From positions 16,926,001 through 16,990,000 of the forward strand of contig NC_135768.1 of assembly GCF_052425735.1 (NCBI RefSeq): a DNA stretch of 64,000 bases. The letters are read 5' to 3'. Positions 59,961 to 64,000 of the stretch are shown piece by piece. How positions within the stretch are numbered: position 1 is the stretch's first letter; every line of letters starts with the position of its first letter. The translations under genes and the position numbers were made by a program. This DNA is from Oculina patagonica. Lineage: Eukaryota. A model generated the notes under the pieces. That model saw only the letters and a program-made list of their open reading frames with translations, did not search any database and had not been told where the DNA came from.

Positions 59961-62757
59961 GTTTGTAAAACAGATATCCCTTGTAACCTGTCCAAACTTC
60001 TAATTCAAGCAAAAAGCCAAATAATATGGGAGATATATAATAGGTCTAGCTGCGCCTCTCTTTAGTGCTAATTGCCAAACCTAGGAGACGGAAACTCGGC
60101 GATTATGTGAGGTAAGTGAGATAATTGAGCCAGCGGAAAGAACAAATTTTGTCCGTTTTCTTTTACAGCTGTCAAAACTAGAGCACACAGCAGGCCGTAA
60201 TTTTCAATTATAAGTTAAAATTGCATCTCAAGAAACCTGATACTAAAACCACTATATTCTAATCAGAAACATCAACTTATAGCTCAGCTACAACATTTAA
60301 AATTGTTTTTCCCCTTCTTAGAACCACCTGTCCAGTTTATTTGCTCACTTTAAATTCAATTAACGCGAGCCGTCTAAGTGTTTGAGCATAACCCAGACAC
60401 CGATTTGTTTAACCACAAGTCAAGTGAAAGTGGTAAATTTATAATTTTGGTTTGTCATTGCTTGCGCACGCTCCCAGGGCAGTTTATAGAAAATTACACC
60501 GCGCTTGCGTAACCAGATCTGATTGCGAGTTTGCCTAATAGTCGGTCGCTTGGTAATGCCAAATATTGATAGTTGTGTGCTGGGGAGTTTAGCTAGTGTC
60601 AGTAGTGTTTAGTATTTGAAAATGGAAACCATCTGGCAGGTGTTTTGCTTTTCTACCAGGTCAAAATATCAACTTTCGTTACTAATTCGCGAACCCTGAA
60701 GTTCAAAACCCAGCTAATAACGATTGCGTTTTTCCTGCCGTATATCAAAAATATAGCGACTGCGAAACAAACCTTGAAAAACAGAAGCAAGCAAAATGGA
60801 TAGAAATCTACCAATCACAACAGCCAGAGGTGACCTTTTGAACCTGTTGGGGTGAACTTCTGATTCGTGAGGGGTCTGCTTTAAAAATTGACGGCAGCGA
60901 AAAACGTAACCGTTGACTGAGCAGAGTTCGTGTGTTATTGAAAACTGCAGTAATGTTCCTTTTTCTATCAAGAAGATATCTAATTCTTTTGATGATTATG
61001 GGAATTTCTTTAGCTATCTCTTGGGGATACATTGTTTTACTAAGAGACAAAAAAAATCAGTCCGATCAGATATAGCTGATGGATTTAGGTATGTATCAAT
61101 TTGTTACTCAATCGTGGCAGAAAAGCCTAAATTGTTGGATAATACAAAGAATGGAACCCAGTCAGTGCAAAGTTCCAGTGCTAGGAAAAACAAACTCGTG
61201 TGGGAAGACAAATAATTATTATTCTAAGCACTGTTTAGTATCGTTTTAATTGATTTTTCCAATGTTCTATTTAATCTGTGATAACATATAAGGAGCCTCG
61301 TTTAAAGGCTAGAAAACAAAATGGAAATTTGTGCTGTCCTTGTAACATGTTTTCGTCCACCAATCTTTTTTTGTATTGTGCGCTGACGTCTTAGCACTTG
61401 AAAGCGGACAGTTGTGAGAGGGCAACGAAGTAGATATCATGTACTGTGTTACTAACTTTTTTCACCAATAATGGCTTAAAACGCATTACGATAATGGAGT
61501 GATAAAATATATTTATGTTTTTGTTAGTAAATTAAAATAACAATTAAATCTTAAATGCACAGTTATGAGAAATTGCCATGAAACAAAAGTGCTACGATTC
61601 TCAGGACCTTAGCACGCTAAAAAATTTTTCCGTGGGTCGGTGGATCAGCGGAAGAGTTTTAAGTCGAGTCATGATTATGTGACATTTAAAAAGGTCCCCA
61701 GTTAATATACTGCAGACAACATACATTTGTTTAACTTTCACGTACTTCGATTGACGTATGTCAAGTCAGTTTGAAATGAAACATGTTTCCTATTCAATAG
61801 CAAATATCATTTACAAGCCGTGTCGGGCTAAAAATCACATTCACCATTGTTTATTTTATCTGTACAGTTTGAACATCTCATTGTAATTTACCCTGAAAAA
61901 CCATTTTTGGAGAGGGTGTCTTAAAGACACCGATACCCAATAAAAATGATGATAAATTCGGATCCTTAACAAAAAGCACGTGAGGAAACTAGCTTTCGAA
62001 ATGTAAGTCAACATCCAAATTCTTTCTACAAGTCACCATATAGTTCCAACAGTGCTAGTTGGAGGAATTCGATCACACGTCAAGTATTGTAGAAATTCCT
62101 TTTTTTCTTCTTTTTTATTATTTTTCTATATATGCATGTCCTATAGGTTTTGATTATTTTTTTAGCTTTGCTGTGTAACGCGCTACAAAATGTTGCTATA
62201 TTCACGCTTTACTGGTCTCTAAGAGTCATCCATAATACTTACACTATCGATGTTTTTGTATTGTACAAAGAGGAAGCATCAAGATGGTCTTCCTGATATG
62301 TCTATGACCGGTTTCGTTTTAAGTTTAGCTAATTTTGACTGGAAGAAACTTTTTTGGTCCCGATCTCTTATACAGGTGCTTGTGGATTGAGCCCAAAAGT
62401 AAAAAAATAACTGCGTCATCTGGAATTGGATATTTTCCTTCTAAAAGTCACAGGAAATTATTAAAAGTTAAATGAAACTCTCGTCGAGTCATATCAAAAT
62501 TGTATTAGGTCATCTGCATAGAATTACCAATTCTAATTATGTCAAGTTAATGAGTGAAATACAGAAAGTAAGGAACAGGAAAAAGGAAGCTCATTAAAAC
62601 ATAGACGGCTGTTTCACAAATACAGTCATTTACGTACAACTGTCGGGTATTATAGCTTCCAGTGTTTCAAAACAACTTTTTGACTTGCCATCGGCTCAAG
62701 GAAGACAGATATTAACATTACTTTGGCATTTTGGGTAAGGAAAGGGCAAAAGGCACT

Positions 62758-63660
62758 ATGATGAACTACACCTACAAAGACAAGAATGGACCAGTCATTC
62801 AAGACTACAATATGCGTGAAACATTTGTCATCATAAACTGTGTTTTGAACGCTCCATTGATGCTCATATCCATTCTGGGCAACGCTTTGGTATTGGCCGC
62901 AATAGCAAGAACTCCTTCCATTCGCTCAACTACAACGATTATGCTGTGCAGTCTGGCTGTTTCGGATCTTTTTGTGGGTCTCATCGCTCAACCGCTTTAT
63001 CTTGCAGATCTGCTTACGACGGGAAGTTTTGTAGCCGATCTGTCGATAATGGTAGGTTTCTCTGTATGTGGAGTGACCCTATGGACCACAACTGCGATTA
63101 GTGTGGATCGCTTTATGGCTCTTCACTATCACATGAGATATGCTACTTTAGTGACTACATCCCGTGTCAGATATTCTGTAATAATCATATGGTTGATCAA
63201 CATACCTTTTTCAGGGTTCTACCTTTGCAAAGAGCGCGAATATAAATTTACTATCGCAGTTATGACTGTGACATGTCTGGCAATTTCCACATTTTGCTAC
63301 ATTCTAATTTATCGAATTGTTCGTCGGCATCATTCGCAAATTTTTGCGCTACAGCAGACAGTGCAAAGTGTGGCTGCTGGAAATGACGGTTTACAGATCG
63401 CAAGACTGAAAAAAAGTGCATTAAACACTTTCGTATTTTACATCTTTTTGATTATTTGTTATATCCCAATGTACATTTTATTAACCCTCTATGGAATCTC
63501 TTACATCGAGTGGACGATAGAATGGAACTTTATTACCATTCTAGTGTTTATGAACTCAGCAATTAATCCATTTTTGTATTGCTGGCGTCTTCGCGATGTC
63601 AGAACGGCAGTAGTAAAGACAGCAAAGCAGATGTTATGTAAACAAACAGACGAAAACTAA
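62758..63660 (+). CDS. Intronless class A GPCR (R19); likely start MMNY at 62758
   Basis: 7TM; DRFMALHYHMRY, NSAINPFLYCWR; divergent in orientation from R17. Confidence 0.95.
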   Translation: MMNYTYKDKNGPVIQDYNMRETFVIINCVLNAPLMLISILGNALVLAAIARTPSIRSTTTIMLCSLAVSDLFVGLIAQPLYLADLLTTGSFVADLSIMVGFSVCGVTLWTTTAISVDRFMALHYHMRYATLVTTSRVRYSVIIIWLINIPFSGFYLCKEREYKFTIAVMTVTCLAISTFCYILIYRIVRRHHSQIFALQQTVQSVAAGNDGLQIARLKKSALNTFVFYIFLIICYIPMYILLTLYGISYIEWTIEWNFITILVFMNSAINPFLYCWRLRDVRTAVVKTAKQMLCKQTDEN

Positions 63661-64000
63661 AACCGGCCTTCATTTTGAGGAGAAAAATGAGAAAAAAAAT
63701 AATGCGATGACACAGCGTATTTCGATATTCAGCCAATAATGTATCCAAGTTTAAGGCAATTTCCGGCCTTCCAAAAAAGGAGTTTAATCAAGTGCTTCTG
63801 GAGTGTAAATTTTAATTGCAAGTTCTAATCATTTCCAAAGCAATTAGTTTTTAAGAATTAAGCTGTTGGCGGGCAAGTGACACTAGCTAAAGGAAAATAA
63901 ACCGCCACAACTAATATGGAAAACTACAACGGTTAATTTACTTTTATACTTGATCATTAACTTATTATTTTCAGGTTGCCAAAAATAGTCGTTTTGGATA

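Noticed and set aside
59072-59995. 307-aa ORF as an intact receptor with a novel N-terminus
   Set aside because: It starts at TTG, and its first ~90 aa are the out-of-frame reading of normal TM1-TM2; it is a by-product of two frameshifts.
60913-61215. 100-aa ORF between R17 and R19
   Set aside because: It has a non-ATG start, no recognisable motif and no splice support.
4742-63660. Assigning gene symbols (ADORA, MC-R, TAAR, OR)
   Set aside because: Diagnostic ligand-binding residues are missing, and orthology cannot be established without a phylogeny.

Overview
AT-rich eukaryotic (animal) genomic DNA, most likely a stony coral or related cnidarian. This assignment is inferred from the repeat families and receptor type and is not proven. 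The window is dominated by a tandem array of about 19 intronless, ~300-aa rhodopsin-class (class A) GPCR loci of one family: 11 intact ORFs, 4 full-length frameshifted copies and 4 fragments. All loci between 27.6 and 60 kb lie on the minus strand. The receptors share invariant cytoplasmic motifs (GNxLV, LAVSD..G..QP, DRF.ALHYHMRY, HQxQI..QQQAVQ, RSA.NTF.FY, NSSINPxLYCWR..ELR). They have hypervariable extracellular TM3/TM5 ends and lack the TM3-ECL2 disulfide, D3.32 and W6.48. This is the signature of a chemoreceptor-like family under birth-and-death evolution. A multi-gene segmental duplication (about 35.0-38.9 kb vs 39.3-46.1 kb) can be reconstructed from the sequence. The left 16 kb holds two paralogous first exons of a type II membrane protein with possible decayed downstream exons. 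Spacers contain many MITEs (with 9-bp, TA and TTAA target duplications), a Crypton-like insertion with a visible empty site, SINE/LINE/Penelope remnants, a minimal hammerhead ribozyme and a 2A-like DIESNPGP motif. There is a 153-N assembly gap and several low-quality stretches, so some frameshifts may be assembly errors.
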